Shown piece by piece: positions 39,022-52,033 of a stretch of 64,000 bases of DNA (positions are counted from its first letter, which is position 1; every line of letters starts with the position of its first letter). This DNA comes from Clostridia bacterium (lineage in GTDB: Bacteria; Bacillota; Clostridia; TANB77; CAG-508). Where the stretch lies: the NCBI GenBank assembly GCA_017510525.1, contig JAFWNC010000018.1, positions 4,408 through 68,407 on the forward strand, in the 5' to 3' direction. The notes below the pieces were generated by a model that did not search any database, was not told the DNA's origin, and saw only the letters and a list, made by a program, of their open reading frames with translations. A program made the position numbers and the translations under genes.

Positions 39022-39895
39022 ATGCACCTAACATATAGTATAATAAAAGAAGACACATCAATTAGACAAATACTTAAACAACATTTTTCTATGTCTGAAC
39101 GCTATATATTAAAACTCAAAAAGAATAACTGTATATATTTAAACAAAATACAGTCTGGAATAAATACCGAAATACATGAAAATGATAAGCTTGAGATTAT
39201 TGATGAAATCCCTGAAGACAATTCAAATATTATCCCATCTTCAAATATTAAACTAAATATAATATTTGAAGATGAATATATGATTATAGTAAATAAACCT
39301 TCAGGAATCCCTGTACACCCATCAATGGCTCGTTATACAGACTCTCTTTCAAATGGAGTTAGATTGTATTTTGACAATATAGGTTTAAATAAAAAAATTA
39401 GGCCTGTAAACCGCCTAGATAAAGATACATCTGGATTAGTTGTATTTGCAAAAAATGAATACATTCAAGAAAGTCTAATTAAACAAATGAAATCAAACAC
39501 ATTTAAGAAAAAATATATTGCATTCTTAGAAGGAAAACTTGAAAAAAAATCAGGAACAATTGATGCACCAATTTCAAGAAAGGAAGGAAGTATAATAGAA
39601 AGATGTATTGATAGTAATGGAGATTCTTCAATCTCAAACTATAAAGTTATTGAAGAACTCGATAATTATTCAATAGTAGAATTTGAACTTCAAACCGGAA
39701 GAACACATCAAATAAGGGTTCATTCAAAACACATCGGCCATCCAATATTACGGAGATACTCTCTATGGTCATTCTTCTAAATTAATTAAAAGACAAGCAT
39801 TACATGCATACCAGATATCTTTTATTCATCCAATAAGTAAAAAAAATATAACCATAAAAATTGAATTACCCGAAGATATGGAAAGTTTAAAATGA
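39022..39895 (+). CDS. RluA-family pseudouridine synthase (RluD/YlyB-like, S4 + catalytic domain), with a +1 frameshift at 39751-39753 (extra C: TTA C GGA GAT)
   Basis: Zero frame reads HIGHPILRRYSLWSFF-stop. Removing the C gives GHPILGDTLYGHSSKLIKRQALHAYQISFIHPISKK...stop at 39893-39895, which is the conserved RluA C-terminal motif. Catalytic motif HRLDKDTSGLVVFAK is present. Confidence 0.8.
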
Positions 39896-39957
39896 GGTGT
39901 GCAATGGGGACGGAGAAATATGTGCATATTTCTCCGTCCCCATTGCACACCTCATTT
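39888..39957. terminator. 70-bp perfect palindrome (32-bp arms AAAATGAGGTGTGCAATGGGGACGGAGAAATA, loop TGTGCA) between the convergent rluA-family gene and the 82-aa gene; bidirectional terminator candidate
   Basis: Arms are exact reverse complements. Overlaps both stop codons. Contains the GGGGACGGAGAAA motif also present at 2424-2440. Confidence 0.6.
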
Positions 39958-40205
39958 TAAAGATACTTATACTCAAAATTAGACATATGTTCAAATAAAT
40001 CTCTAACATATTTTAAAGTTACAATCTCATTTTTTTGATGAGGGCATTTTTCTTTTTCAGTTATAAGCTCTTTTTTATAACAATTTTTCTTCATTTTATA
40101 TATTAAATATCTTAAATCCATATAATCAAAATAAATTTGAAAACCATCATCTAAATCTTTCCAAAATTGTTCAAAAGAATAATTCTCCATATACACTCCT
40201 CTCAT
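39957..40205 (-). CDS. Hypothetical 82-aa protein
   Basis: ORF only (MRGVYMENYSFEQFWKDL...); no recognised family. Confidence 0.35.
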   Translation of the reverse strand: MRGVYMENYSFEQFWKDLDDGFQIYFDYMDLRYLIYKMKKNCYKKELITEKEKCPHQKNEIVTLKYVRDLFEHMSNFEYKYL

Positions 40206-40286
40206 ATAACAATAACACCATTATAGGAGCAATAATTAGTTGTCCATCTTTGAAGAAATTGCCCTAGAAGTATTGCTCCGCTGGTC

Positions 40287-42441
<2,155 letters not shown>

Positions 42442-42445
42442 ATAT

Positions 42446-43057
42446 TTAATCCTTAAAAAAATCTTTCCCTGCTCTAAAATAATCAATTCCAGAAAAAACT
42501 GTTGCAATAACAGAAATAAGTAAAAGAACAGACCCAGTAGCATTAATCACCAAAGGAAATCCAGATAAATCTCCATTTACAAACTCAAAAAAACTATGTA
42601 CATCAACAAAAACAATTGCTAAAGCAGTCATTTGAGTAAAAGTTTTAAGTTTTCCCCAAAAAGAAGCAGCAATAACTTTACCTCCTTTTTCAACAGCAAC
42701 TAATCTAAAACCTGATACTAAGAATTCTCTAGCTAAAACTATAATTGGAATCCATCCTGGAATTTTATCAAACTCTACTAATAGAATCATTGCAGTTAAA
42801 ACTAAAATCTTATCTGCCAAAGGATCTAGAAATTTTCCAAAAGTAGTAACCTCATTTCTCTTTCTTGCAATATATCCATCTAACTTATCTGTAAGAGATG
42901 CTATAATAAAAATTATATCCATAATAATAAATGAAATACACACCCCATATACATCTCCACAAATTGGTAAAAATTGAACAATTACTAAAAGTGGAACTAA
43001 AATCATTCTAAAAATTGTTAGTTTATTAGCTAAATTCATTTTCAAAAAACCTTTCAT
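42446..43057 (-). CDS. pgsA: CDP-diacylglycerol--glycerol-3-phosphate 3-phosphatidyltransferase
   Basis: CDP-alcohol phosphatidyltransferase motif DKLDGYIARKRNEVTTFGKFLDPLADK. The alternative start at ATG 43037-43039 is also plausible. Confidence 0.8.
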   Translation of the reverse strand: MKGFLKMNLANKLTIFRMILVPLLVIVQFLPICGDVYGVCISFIIMDIIFIIASLTDKLDGYIARKRNEVTTFGKFLDPLADKILVLTAMILLVEFDKIPGWIPIIVLAREFLVSGFRLVAVEKGGKVIAASFWGKLKTFTQMTALAIVFVDVHSFFEFVNGDLSGFPLVINATGSVLLLISVIATVFSGIDYFRAGKDFFKD

Positions 43058-43059
43058 CT

Positions 43060-43350
43060 CTATCTCCTATTAATTTCAATAATATCCATAACATCAGCAA
43101 TATAATCGCCAATAACAGGAATATTAAGTCTAACAATATATTGTAAAATATATATAACTAAAGCAGTTACAAAATAAAAACCTATTCCAATACCGACGCC
43201 TTTAGAAACACCTGCTATCAGATTTCTAAAAAGCATTTTTCTTTTGTTATCTAGTAACTCAACTATATCATAAAGATTATTTTTTTCAATACTATTATTT
43301 AATTTATCTATAGATTTATTTAGAAATTTAACATTTTTAAAAAATCCCAA
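43060..43350 (-). CDS. Small membrane protein (96 aa, one TM helix), hypothetical
   Basis: ORF with hydrophobic core GVGIGIGFYFVTALVIYILQYIV; 3 nt separate its stop from the pgsA start. Confidence 0.4.
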   Translation of the reverse strand: MGFFKNVKFLNKSIDKLNNSIEKNNLYDIVELLDNKRKMLFRNLIAGVSKGVGIGIGFYFVTALVIYILQYIVRLNIPVIGDYIADVMDIIEINRR

Positions 43351-43391
43351 AAACTATCACCTCAAAAATAGTTTCTGAGATTTTCTAAATT

Positions 43392-46187
43392 TTATTCAGA
43401 TTCATTTTTTGATTGACTAGAATCGATTATAGTATCAATTAATTCTCTAAAATCCGTACTATCATCATCTTTTTTCTTTGTTGATTTTACACTATTATCA
43501 GTATTTTTTCTAACTTCTTCCAAAGTATCAATTAATGATTGTAACTCTTTTAAGTCATTTCCAATCAATTCCCAATTATTTGCTCTAGAAGAATCTTTCA
43601 AATTATTATTAGCTTTAATTATCGCTTCAATCAATTCATCTTCACTATCTGTATTAATAAATCCTAAATCATAAGCCGAATCAGAAATTAACTTCAAAAT
43701 TGCCTCTTCTAAATTATTTCCAATAGCAACCTTATCACCAGTAGCAACAATTACTTTTTTAAGAGCTGGAACAGCTGAATCTTCATTAATCATTGTCTGA
43801 TAAAAAGGTTCAACATATAAAACAGTATTTTCTAATGGAATAATAAAAGTATTATAATCTACTTTTGTTCCAGGAGTATTAATTTTACTTAATTCTTCTG
43901 AAATGTCTTTATCTTGTTCTATTTGAATTTGTAATTGTTTTATACCAGGCAAGTTAGAATCTTGAGACATTTTATAAATAGTTAATTTATTTCCATTATC
44001 ATATCTACCTACTAAATAAGAATTTAAACTTTGTTTATTAAGTTTATTATATGAAGTTACTAAACCTAATTCTTCTCCTTTACTATCAACTGTTTTAAGC
44101 ATAGTATAAGTTGAATTAACTCTATTATCCTCTTCGTCAGATTTTCTAGAAACAGTCCATGCATCTCCTACTCTATATAACATTTCTGCATTAACATCAT
44201 GATATCTCTCTAAAACTTGAGCTTGTATATCAAATAAATATTCAGGATACACAATATTTTTCTGAATATCCTTAGGAATAGTAGCATCTTTATCCATAAA
44301 TAAATCAGGATAAATATTTCTATACATCATAGCAATAGGATCAGTTCTATCAATTATATAAAAACTAACTGTACCATCATAAGCATCAACTAGAACTTTA
44401 ACTGAATTTCTAATATAATTAATCTCTTTATAATTTCCCTCAATCTTAATCTTAGATTTTTGAGAATAAGGATATGAATTAGAAATTGTATAAGCATCTA
44501 AAACCCATACAAGCTTACCGCTATCTGTAACAACTAAATAAGGATGTTCATCATAAACAAAATAAGGCATCAAAGCTTTTGCTCTTTCACGAATATTTCT
44601 ATTCATTATAATTTTACTATTATCCGTAACTGAGAAAGACGTTACAAGCTTGTGATCACCATTATGAATAGCTAAAACTAATCTATCTAAAAGTCCTGCA
44701 TTTATACCTGCTTTTCCTTTATATTCATATTCTTCATATGATTTACTAGAAATAGGATAATCAAATTCCTTCTTATCTTTTGCTCCAGTAACAACAGTTT
44801 CATTAGTAGCCATTCCAAAATAGATTCTAGGCTCCGTTATTCCAAGAACATTATCATCATATTCAGATTGAATATATTCAACATTCCCTTTATCATCTAC
44901 ATTAGAAATATCAGAAACAACAACTCCATATCCATGTGTATATTGATAAGTTTTACTAGAATAAGTTCCATTTACTCCACTAGCTAATTCTCTAGGCGTA
45001 ATATATACCGGTTTTTTCTCTCCATCAATATTATATAATCCGATATTAGATGTACCATAAGTATAATAAACTTCACTATCTTTAGATTCAGCAAGAGAAT
45101 CTAAATTTGCCTCTTCTGTAATAATGCTAGCATTTTTCAACACATTCAAATTTATGCTATCTAAACTCAAATTATTAACAGAATTAACATCTACTTCATC
45201 AACCTTAATATTATAAGCCTGTCTAGTATATTCAATATTATAATTCAAATATTTTCTCTGTTTATCTAATTCATTTCTTTCTGCATAAAAATATTGAAAA
45301 CCAGTCATAACAATAAACAAAACTACTAAATAAATAGGAACAATCAACATAGAATTAACTATTTTCTTAACCTTAAACTGTTTAACATATTTAATAACTC
45401 TAATAACAGAAATTAAAATTGCTAAAGCAAAAAGCCTATAACCCCATAATTTAATTTTAACATCTGTAAGTCCTGCTCCAATAATTTCAGTTTTTGTATC
45501 ATCATTTAAGTTAATCATATTACCATTTTCAATTTCAACAGAAGATAATATAACAATTCCAGCAACTAAAAGAGCAATAACAATAACTTTCCCTATCACT
45601 TGTTTAATAAAACTATTATTTATCAATGTTTCTCTATCAACACCATCAAAATACTTATTAAGTGTAACAATATAATATACAACACTATATAAAGTCAAAA
45701 TAACAGTATAAATAATTCCAAAAATAATTAGTGATTTTATAAAAGGTAATTTAAATAAATAGAATGAAATATCAAACTTAAAAATTGGATCATTTATTCC
45801 AAATTTAGCTGAATTCATAAACATTAAAAACTTTTCTGTTAAAAATACTTGAGCCAATAAACTAACAATTAAACTAGCAATGAAAGAAATAGACTTATTA
45901 GGAAGTTTCGGCATTTCTTTTTGTTCTTTTACGAAAAAAGCTTCTAATCCACTTTTTAATTTTAAATTTGAAAAATATATTATAATATATGAAATTGCAA
46001 AAGCTAGAACTGTTACGGCAAGTTTATTTGCAACATTTGTATAAAAAATACTAACATATTGCTCTCCAATCTCTTTTATTTCAAGATATTCACCTCTAGC
46101 CATTACAAAGGAAATAAAAAGATAAATAATTAGAAAGAATACAACTACTAATTTACGAGTAATAAAACCCTTTTTACTTTTTTCCAT
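43392..46187 (-). CDS. UPF0182-family large membrane protein
   Basis: 931 aa; N-terminal block of about 7 TM helices, then a large extracytoplasmic domain and an acidic C-terminus. Architecture typical of UPF0182. Confidence 0.65.
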   Translation of the reverse strand: MEKSKKGFITRKLVVVFFLIIYLFISFVMARGEYLEIKEIGEQYVSIFYTNVANKLAVTVLAFAISYIIIYFSNLKLKSGLEAFFVKEQKEMPKLPNKSISFIASLIVSLLAQVFLTEKFLMFMNSAKFGINDPIFKFDISFYLFKLPFIKSLIIFGIIYTVILTLYSVVYYIVTLNKYFDGVDRETLINNSFIKQVIGKVIVIALLVAGIVILSSVEIENGNMINLNDDTKTEIIGAGLTDVKIKLWGYRLFALAILISVIRVIKYVKQFKVKKIVNSMLIVPIYLVVLFIVMTGFQYFYAERNELDKQRKYLNYNIEYTRQAYNIKVDEVDVNSVNNLSLDSINLNVLKNASIITEEANLDSLAESKDSEVYYTYGTSNIGLYNIDGEKKPVYITPRELASGVNGTYSSKTYQYTHGYGVVVSDISNVDDKGNVEYIQSEYDDNVLGITEPRIYFGMATNETVVTGAKDKKEFDYPISSKSYEEYEYKGKAGINAGLLDRLVLAIHNGDHKLVTSFSVTDNSKIIMNRNIRERAKALMPYFVYDEHPYLVVTDSGKLVWVLDAYTISNSYPYSQKSKIKIEGNYKEINYIRNSVKVLVDAYDGTVSFYIIDRTDPIAMMYRNIYPDLFMDKDATIPKDIQKNIVYPEYLFDIQAQVLERYHDVNAEMLYRVGDAWTVSRKSDEEDNRVNSTYTMLKTVDSKGEELGLVTSYNKLNKQSLNSYLVGRYDNGNKLTIYKMSQDSNLPGIKQLQIQIEQDKDISEELSKINTPGTKVDYNTFIIPLENTVLYVEPFYQTMINEDSAVPALKKVIVATGDKVAIGNNLEEAILKLISDSAYDLGFINTDSEDELIEAIIKANNNLKDSSRANNWELIGNDLKELQSLIDTLEEVRKNTDNSVKSTKKKDDDSTDFRELIDTIIDSSQSKNESE

Positions 46188-46224
46188 ATACCCTCCATCT
46201 TATATATAATACAATCTACGATTC

Positions 46225-47131
46225 CTAAATAATTGCATTTAAAAAATCATCACTATTAAAAACTTCCATATCATCAATCTGTTCACCAACACCAATAAAT
46301 TTAACTGGAATCTGGTTTTCTTCTACAATACCGATACAAGCCCCACCTTTTGCCGTTCCATCAAGCTTTGTTAAAACTAATCCAGTTATATCAGTAACTT
46401 CTTTAAAAGCCTTAACCTGTAAAATAGCATTTTGACCTGTGGTTCCATCTAGAACCAATAGTACTTCTCTGCTAGAATCAGGTAATTCTTTATTTATAAC
46501 TCTTTGAATCTTAGCAAGCTCGTCCATTAAATATTTTTTATTATGAAGTCTACCTGCTGTATCACAAATTAGAACGTCTGCATTCTTCTCTTTAGTAACC
46601 CTTATAGCATCAAAAACAACAGAAGCAGGATCACTTCCTTCATCAGCCTTAACCAAATCACATCCGAGCACGGTTAGCCCATATCTCAATCTGCTCAACC
46701 GCAGCTGCTCTAAAAGTATCAGCTGCAGCAATAACAACTTTTTTTCCATCTTTTTTTAATCTATTAGCAATCTTTCCAATAGAAGTAGTTTTACCAACAC
46801 CATTAACACCTACAACTAAGATAACAGAAGGTGTTGTATCAAGTTTTAGTTCCTTATTAGGAACATCAAGCATTTTTCTCATTTCTTCTTTTAATGCATT
46901 TTTTACATCTTCTTCACTTTCAATTTTCTCTCTTTTTATTCTAGTTCTAAGTCCATCAATAATCTTTACAGAAGTTTCTACACCTAAATCAGACATAATC
47001 AATACTTCTTCAAGTTCTTCAAGTAAATCTTCATCAACCTTTCTAAAAGCACTAAAAACATTATTTATTTTATCTCCAAGAGATTCCTTTGTTTTACCAA
47101 GTCCACTCTTTAATTTATCAAAAAATCCCAT
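46225..47131 (-). CDS. ftsY: Signal recognition particle receptor FtsY, with a +1 frameshift at 46664-46666 (extra C: GCT C GGA TGT)
   Basis: ORFs 46658..47131 (N-terminal, with GVNGVGKTT Walker A and DTFRAAA) and 46225..46749 (C-terminal, with DTAGR and TKLDGTAKGG). Zero frame reads WANRARM-stop. Removing the C gives WANRAGCDLVKADEGSDPASVVFDAI, collinear with FtsY. Confidence 0.85.
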
Positions 47132-47194
47132 AAATCCTCCTATAAAATACGACTATATCAATTATATCATTTAATAAAGATTTTTCAAGACATT

Positions 47195-47232
47195 GGCAAA
47201 AAAAACATGCAAATAAAATTTGCATGTTTTTT
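47195..47232 (-). terminator. Hairpin AAAAAACATGCAAATaaaATTTGCATGTTTTTT downstream of the DUF975 gene
   Basis: Perfect 13-bp stem with flanking A/T runs. Confidence 0.6.
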
Positions 47233-47251
47233 ATATAAAATACTTATTTTA

Positions 47252-47821
47252 TTATTCTTTGATTGAATTGTAGAAATTAGCAACTGTAGCACTCATATAA
47301 GGAACTACATAAATATAAGCTAAACCAAAAGTAATACCACATAATAAGAACCATGGTATAAAAGATAAATGTAAAATGAATAATTCCATTTTATGACCTT
47401 TCATAATTTCACAACTCTTTGCAATACACTCGCTAGCTGTCATATCTGGATTATCAGCTAAAATATATGTTCCCATTGAATAAGAATATGCTTTTATGAT
47501 ACCAGGAATAATGAATAATAAAGTCCATAAGAAAGTATATACACCTGTTAAAATTCCTAATATAATTGCACTTACTGCATTGTTAAATCCAGAAAAAGCA
47601 TCTTTGATTTCTACATCTTCTTCTCTAGTAATTTTTAAGTACATAATACATAATGATAAAGAAAAACAAAATGTTAATAATGATCCAGCAATAGATCCAA
47701 CAACAGGTATTAAGTTTAATACTCCAACAACAACACCTATTATTAAAGAAACAACGAACATTAGACCAATTTTGCCAGATATTTGTTTTTTAGCGTTCAT
47801 TTTCATTTCTACTCTTGACAT
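47252..47821 (-). CDS. DUF975-family integral membrane protein
   Basis: Start at MSRVEMK (ATG 47819-47821) with AGGGGGAG upstream; four TM helices. Confidence 0.55.
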   Translation of the reverse strand: MSRVEMKMNAKKQISGKIGLMFVVSLIIGVVVGVLNLIPVVGSIAGSLLTFCFSLSLCIMYLKITREEDVEIKDAFSGFNNAVSAIILGILTGVYTFLWTLLFIIPGIIKAYSYSMGTYILADNPDMTASECIAKSCEIMKGHKMELFILHLSFIPWFLLCGITFGLAYIYVVPYMSATVANFYNSIKE

Positions 47822-47902
47822 AATAAAAACTCCCCCTTTTTTTATTTTTACATACATATATTATCCTATTTTTGTCGAAATTTGTCAATATTTTTCCAAA
47901 AA

Positions 47903-49022
47903 TTAATCAGAAACATCAAAATCCAAAGTAATTTGTATTTTATAATCCGGATATTCTTTAGAAACTTTTTCATATATTTCATTATATGTTTCTTTCTTAT
48001 TTTTGTCATCAAAATCGATAATTATATCAAAATGAATTACCTTTTCATCTTTATTAAAATAAAAACCATGTATTTGTAAAATACTTTTATGAGAATACAC
48101 TATTCTATTTATATTTTCCCTGATTTTTACTATCTCTTCATCATTTGTATTCATTGAATAAATTCCAACAGCTGATAAAATAACACCGTGTTCATCATAA
48201 ACTTTATGCATTATTTTTCTTGTTAATTCATCAATTTTATAAGCAGTCATTTCATCAGATATTTCAATATGAATAGAACCAATGAAATTATCTGGTCCAT
48301 AATTATTTAGAGTTAGATCATAAGCTCCATAAACCTCTTCAAAACCACAAACTGTCTTTTTAATTTTAGAAGCTAATTCAGAATCAATACGTTCGCCCAA
48401 TATTTGGCTCAAAGTACTCTTTAACATATTTAAACCAGATCTAATAATAATAACAGAAATAATTGCAGCTAAATAAGCCTCTAAACTAATTTCAAAAATA
48501 ATGAACATAACAGCAGCAATCAAAGTAGAAGTCGAAATAATAGAATCCATTAAAGCATCAGTTCCAGAATCAATTAATGACTCAGAATTCACTTTTTTAC
48601 CAACATTTTTAACATAAAGTCCTAGAACTATCTTTACAACAATAGCAACAGAAATTATAACTATAGAAGCTTTATTATAATCAGGAACTTCTGGAGAAAT
48701 AATCTTTTTAATTGATTCAATTAAAGAAGTAGCACCAGCATATAAAATAATAATAGAAATAAGCATAGCACTCAAATATTCAACTCTACCATGTCCATAA
48801 GGGTGTTTCTTATCTGGAGATTTTCCAGCAAGTTTAATGCCGAACAATAGTAATAATTGAAGAAAGTGCATCACTTAAATTATTTACAGCATCTAAAACA
48901 ATAGCAATCGAATTAGAAACTAATCCAACAACAACTTTAAACGCAGATAAAAACAAATTAGCTATTATCCCAATAATACTAGTTCTAACAATCACATGTG
49001 CTCTATTAATACCTCTTTCCAT
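47903..49022 (-). CDS. Cation diffusion facilitator (CDF) family transporter, with a +1 frameshift at 48840-48842 (extra C: GTT C GGC ATT)
   Basis: ORFs 48834..49022 (N-terminal 62 aa with TM1-2) and 47903..48874. Zero frame reads SSIITIVRH-stop. Removing the C gives ITIVGIKLAGKSPDKKHPYGHGRVEYL, the conserved CDF TM3 region. Confidence 0.8.
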
Positions 49023-49031
49023 AAACCCTCC

Positions 49032-49871
49032 TTAATTCAAATATTCTTTAATACTGTTAATCAGCCTCTCACAATCACTAACACCCAAATCATACATCTC
49101 CTGAAGCTTATTAACATCCTTCTCTATCCTCTTCAAAGGAACCAACCTAGATGGCCTAATAACAAAAATCTCTTTTTTATTTTCCATATCAATAATCTTC
49201 TCAACCGTTTTGTTATAATTCAAATATCTATTATTAATCGTCTCAACCAAATTAGGATATTTTCCATATTTAAGCTTTGCCATCCAATCCTTAGGCTTAG
49301 ACTTCCTATATTCAATTGGCCTAGTTAAAACAACAATAATCTTATCAAACCCCATACGTTTACACTCATCAATAGGAATACTATCAGAAATTCCACCATC
49401 TAAATATTTTTTCCCATCAATCTCAACAATTTGTGAAACAAAAGGCATAGCAGAAGTAGCCCTACAAACTTCCATCTGTTCAAAAACATCATAAAGCTTT
49501 ATATACTCTGGCTTTCCAGTTTCAACATTAGTAACAGTAGCATAAAAATCAACACCAGATTTCTTATAAGTCTCATTATCAAAAACATCTAATTTCTTAG
49601 GAACTTCCTCAAAAGAGAACTCCTTATTAATGATATTTCCCGTTTTTATTAAAGAACTAAAACCCATATATCTTTTATCACCAGCAAATTTTCTATTATA
49701 TCTAATAGCCCTACCACGCTGTTTAGATAAAAAATTAACGCCAAAAAGAACACCAGCAGAAACACCAATAATACCGTCTACCTTAATATTATTATCTAAA
49801 AAAACATCTAGAACGCCAGAAGTATACATTCCCCTCATAGCGCCACCTTCTAAAACCAAACCAACCTTCAT
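49032..49871 (-). CDS. Patatin-like phospholipase
   Basis: GGAMRGMYTSGV oxyanion motif, GVSAG nucleophile elbow and DGG catalytic Asp motif. Confidence 0.8.
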   Translation of the reverse strand: MKVGLVLEGGAMRGMYTSGVLDVFLDNNIKVDGIIGVSAGVLFGVNFLSKQRGRAIRYNRKFAGDKRYMGFSSLIKTGNIINKEFSFEEVPKKLDVFDNETYKKSGVDFYATVTNVETGKPEYIKLYDVFEQMEVCRATSAMPFVSQIVEIDGKKYLDGGISDSIPIDECKRMGFDKIIVVLTRPIEYRKSKPKDWMAKLKYGKYPNLVETINNRYLNYNKTVEKIIDMENKKEIFVIRPSRLVPLKRIEKDVNKLQEMYDLGVSDCERLINSIKEYLN

Positions 49872-49937
49872 AACAAAACCACCTTTTTAAGAATTATACA
49901 AAAACAAAAATAAAAAAACAAGTATAAAAATAAAAAA

Positions 49938-50008
49938 AAGGAGCACTTTAAGTATCTCCGCTACAATATTTTACATTTTTCGTAGCGGAGAACTAGAGTT
50001 CTCCATAA
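49938..50008. repeat. Inverted pair of module A hairpins (GGAGCACTTTAAGTATCTCCGCTACA reverse + TTCGTAGCGGAGAACTAGAGTTCTCCAT forward)
   Basis: Same arrangement as 27294-27356. Confidence 0.6.
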
Positions 50009-50080
50009 AGCTCTTACTTTCCTACTATACAAACAAAAAGAGAAGCAAAACTGCTTCCCTTTTTTAGAACACTACATCTC

Positions 50081-50398
50081 TCAAAACAAGATCTCTAACT
50101 CTTCGTTATAACGAAACCTTATTTTTCCAGATTTGGCCTCTTCCTTAAACTTAGAGACCATGTCATCTGTGACAAACGGCTTATTATAATATTCTCTAAT
50201 GTAATCTTTAACATCAATAGAATACTGTAAACCATTTTCGTCCCAGAAGGTTGCCATAACCATGGAAACACCTATCTTCCCATGATTTTTCTTAGGCCGA
50301 GAATTCTTAGCTGAATCGTCTTTCACTAGATATATATCAATGAAAAACAATTTCTTTTCATCCTGAGCCACATTGCTTGTTCTCTCATTATCTGCCAT
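50081..50398 (-). CDS. Hypothetical 105-aa protein; paralog of 16928..17272
   Basis: AGGAGGGG RBS. The 5' leader (ACGTTGT...ATATGTATATGCC..TTAGGAGGGGATTTCTATGGC) is alignable with that of 16928..17272. In-frame CGG Arg at 50297-50299, at the aligned position of the paralog's CGG. Confidence 0.5.
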   Translation of the reverse strand: MADNERTSNVAQDEKKLFFIDIYLVKDDSAKNSRPKKNHGKIGVSMVMATFWDENGLQYSIDVKDYIREYYNKPFVTDDMVSKFKEEAKSGKIRFRYNEELEILF

Positions 50399-50509
50399 AG
50401 AAATCCCCTCCTAACTGGCATATACATATAAAAACAACGTACGTAAAAGATATTATACTATTTTTTCCTTTTATTGTCAACATAAATCTATCTATTCATC
50501 ATTCTACCG

Positions 50510-52033
50510 CTACCTTGTTTGCATTCCTCCACCTGGCATTCCTCCATTCATTTCACCAGAAAGATTAGAAGTAACAATACTTGTTAAAGTCTGTGAACTT
50601 GATTCGCTACCATTTACAAACAAACTATATGTTTCTCCTTGCTTTAAATCAGAACTAGAAATAACAATAGCACCATAAGCCTTTGTAGCTTCAGTAGAAG
50701 CAATTTCATTTCCATTGCTGTCTTTTAAAACAAGCTTATCTCCAGATTTTCCAGTAACACCAAAGCAAATACTATATTGACTAGAACTATTTGAAGGATT
50801 TTGCCACATGCCATTAGCACCATAAGCAATCAATGTTCCACCAGTAATATTAAAGCTTTGATCATAATCTAATGCACCATTTCCACCATTTACAGAACCA
50901 GCTACAACAACGTAACCACCTGTCATTTCAATAGAACCATTAGAATCCAAACCATCTCCTTGTGAACTTACATATATTTTTCCACCAGTAATCATTAGCT
51001 TTCTATCTGAATTTGCAGAATTAGAATAATCATTTTCTCCCGGTCTACCATTAATAGCAGATGAATCATTTCCACCAGAAATATTTATACCATCATCTTT
51101 AGCCTCAATAGTAATATCACCACCATTTATCTCAATATAAGTAGCTTCGATTCCCTCATAAGAGTCTTTAATATTAATAGTTCCACTGTTTATTTTTATA
51201 AAAGTTGCCGCTTCTATTCCGTCTGAACCAGCATTAATAGTTATTTCCGAATCTTCAACAATTACATATCCCAAAGTCTTATCTGTATCATTTGTTGATT
51301 TAATACCATCTCCATCTGAATTAACAGTTATTTTAGCATCTTTTATACTAACAAAATCTTTACCTCTAATTCCATCATCAGCAGAACTAACCTCAATATT
51401 AGTGCCTTCAATAACTAAAGAATCCTTACTAACAATTGCATCTTCGTAATTTCCATTAACTTTTAACGTGCCTGAACCATTTATATATAAATCAGCTTTT
51501 GAAAAAATTGTACCATCTGGTTCATCATCTTCAGTAAATTCACTATACTCTGAACCATCTGTAAATACATTTTCAGATCCATCAACCAAGTTTATAATAA
51601 CAGTTTCAGCTTTTATTATATTTAATGGAGATGTAGTTTTACAAGTAATATCAACACCATCTAACACCAAAATAACCTCTTCACCTTTAGCCTCAACCTC
51701 AATTTTCCCATCGCTTAATGTACCAGTAAAATAATAAACTCCTCCAGAAGAAATCTTTACAGTTGAACCATTAATTGAAACACCTGAACCAGAAGATGTC
51801 ATTTTACTTAAATCAATTTTAGAATCAAAATCAGTATATGAAGTTTCTCCTGTTGTTTGAACGCTTACATTTTTACTCTCTTCAATTATTTCAGCCTCTT
51901 CAGTACTACTAGCTTCCTCAGAATTTGATTTATTCTTATCAATTACACCAATCTTAATAATCAGTCCTAAAGCAACAGCCAAAATTATTATTATTAAAAT
52001 TGGAATTACAATCTTCTTATCTTCACTCTCCAT
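50510..52033 (-). CDS. Membrane-anchored surface protein with tandem beta-helix-like repeats (Cthe_2159/DUF4353-like carbohydrate-binding or adhesin-like domain)
   Basis: N-terminal TM helix, then many GDGI(K/E)S...I...N.G units (for example GSDGIEAATFIKINSGTINIKDSYEGIEATYIEINGGDITIEAKDDGINISGG). Start overlaps the upstream DUF4956 stop by 1 nt. Confidence 0.5.
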   Translation of the reverse strand: MESEDKKIVIPILIIIILAVALGLIIKIGVIDKNKSNSEEASSTEEAEIIEESKNVSVQTTGETSYTDFDSKIDLSKMTSSGSGVSINGSTVKISSGGVYYFTGTLSDGKIEVEAKGEEVILVLDGVDITCKTTSPLNIIKAETVIINLVDGSENVFTDGSEYSEFTEDDEPDGTIFSKADLYINGSGTLKVNGNYEDAIVSKDSLVIEGTNIEVSSADDGIRGKDFVSIKDAKITVNSDGDGIKSTNDTDKTLGYVIVEDSEITINAGSDGIEAATFIKINSGTINIKDSYEGIEATYIEINGGDITIEAKDDGINISGGNDSSAINGRPGENDYSNSANSDRKLMITGGKIYVSSQGDGLDSNGSIEMTGGYVVVAGSVNGGNGALDYDQSFNITGGTLIAYGANGMWQNPSNSSSQYSICFGVTGKSGDKLVLKDSNGNEIASTEATKAYGAIVISSSDLKQGETYSLFVNGSESSSQTLTSIVTSNLSGEMNGGMPGGGMQTR

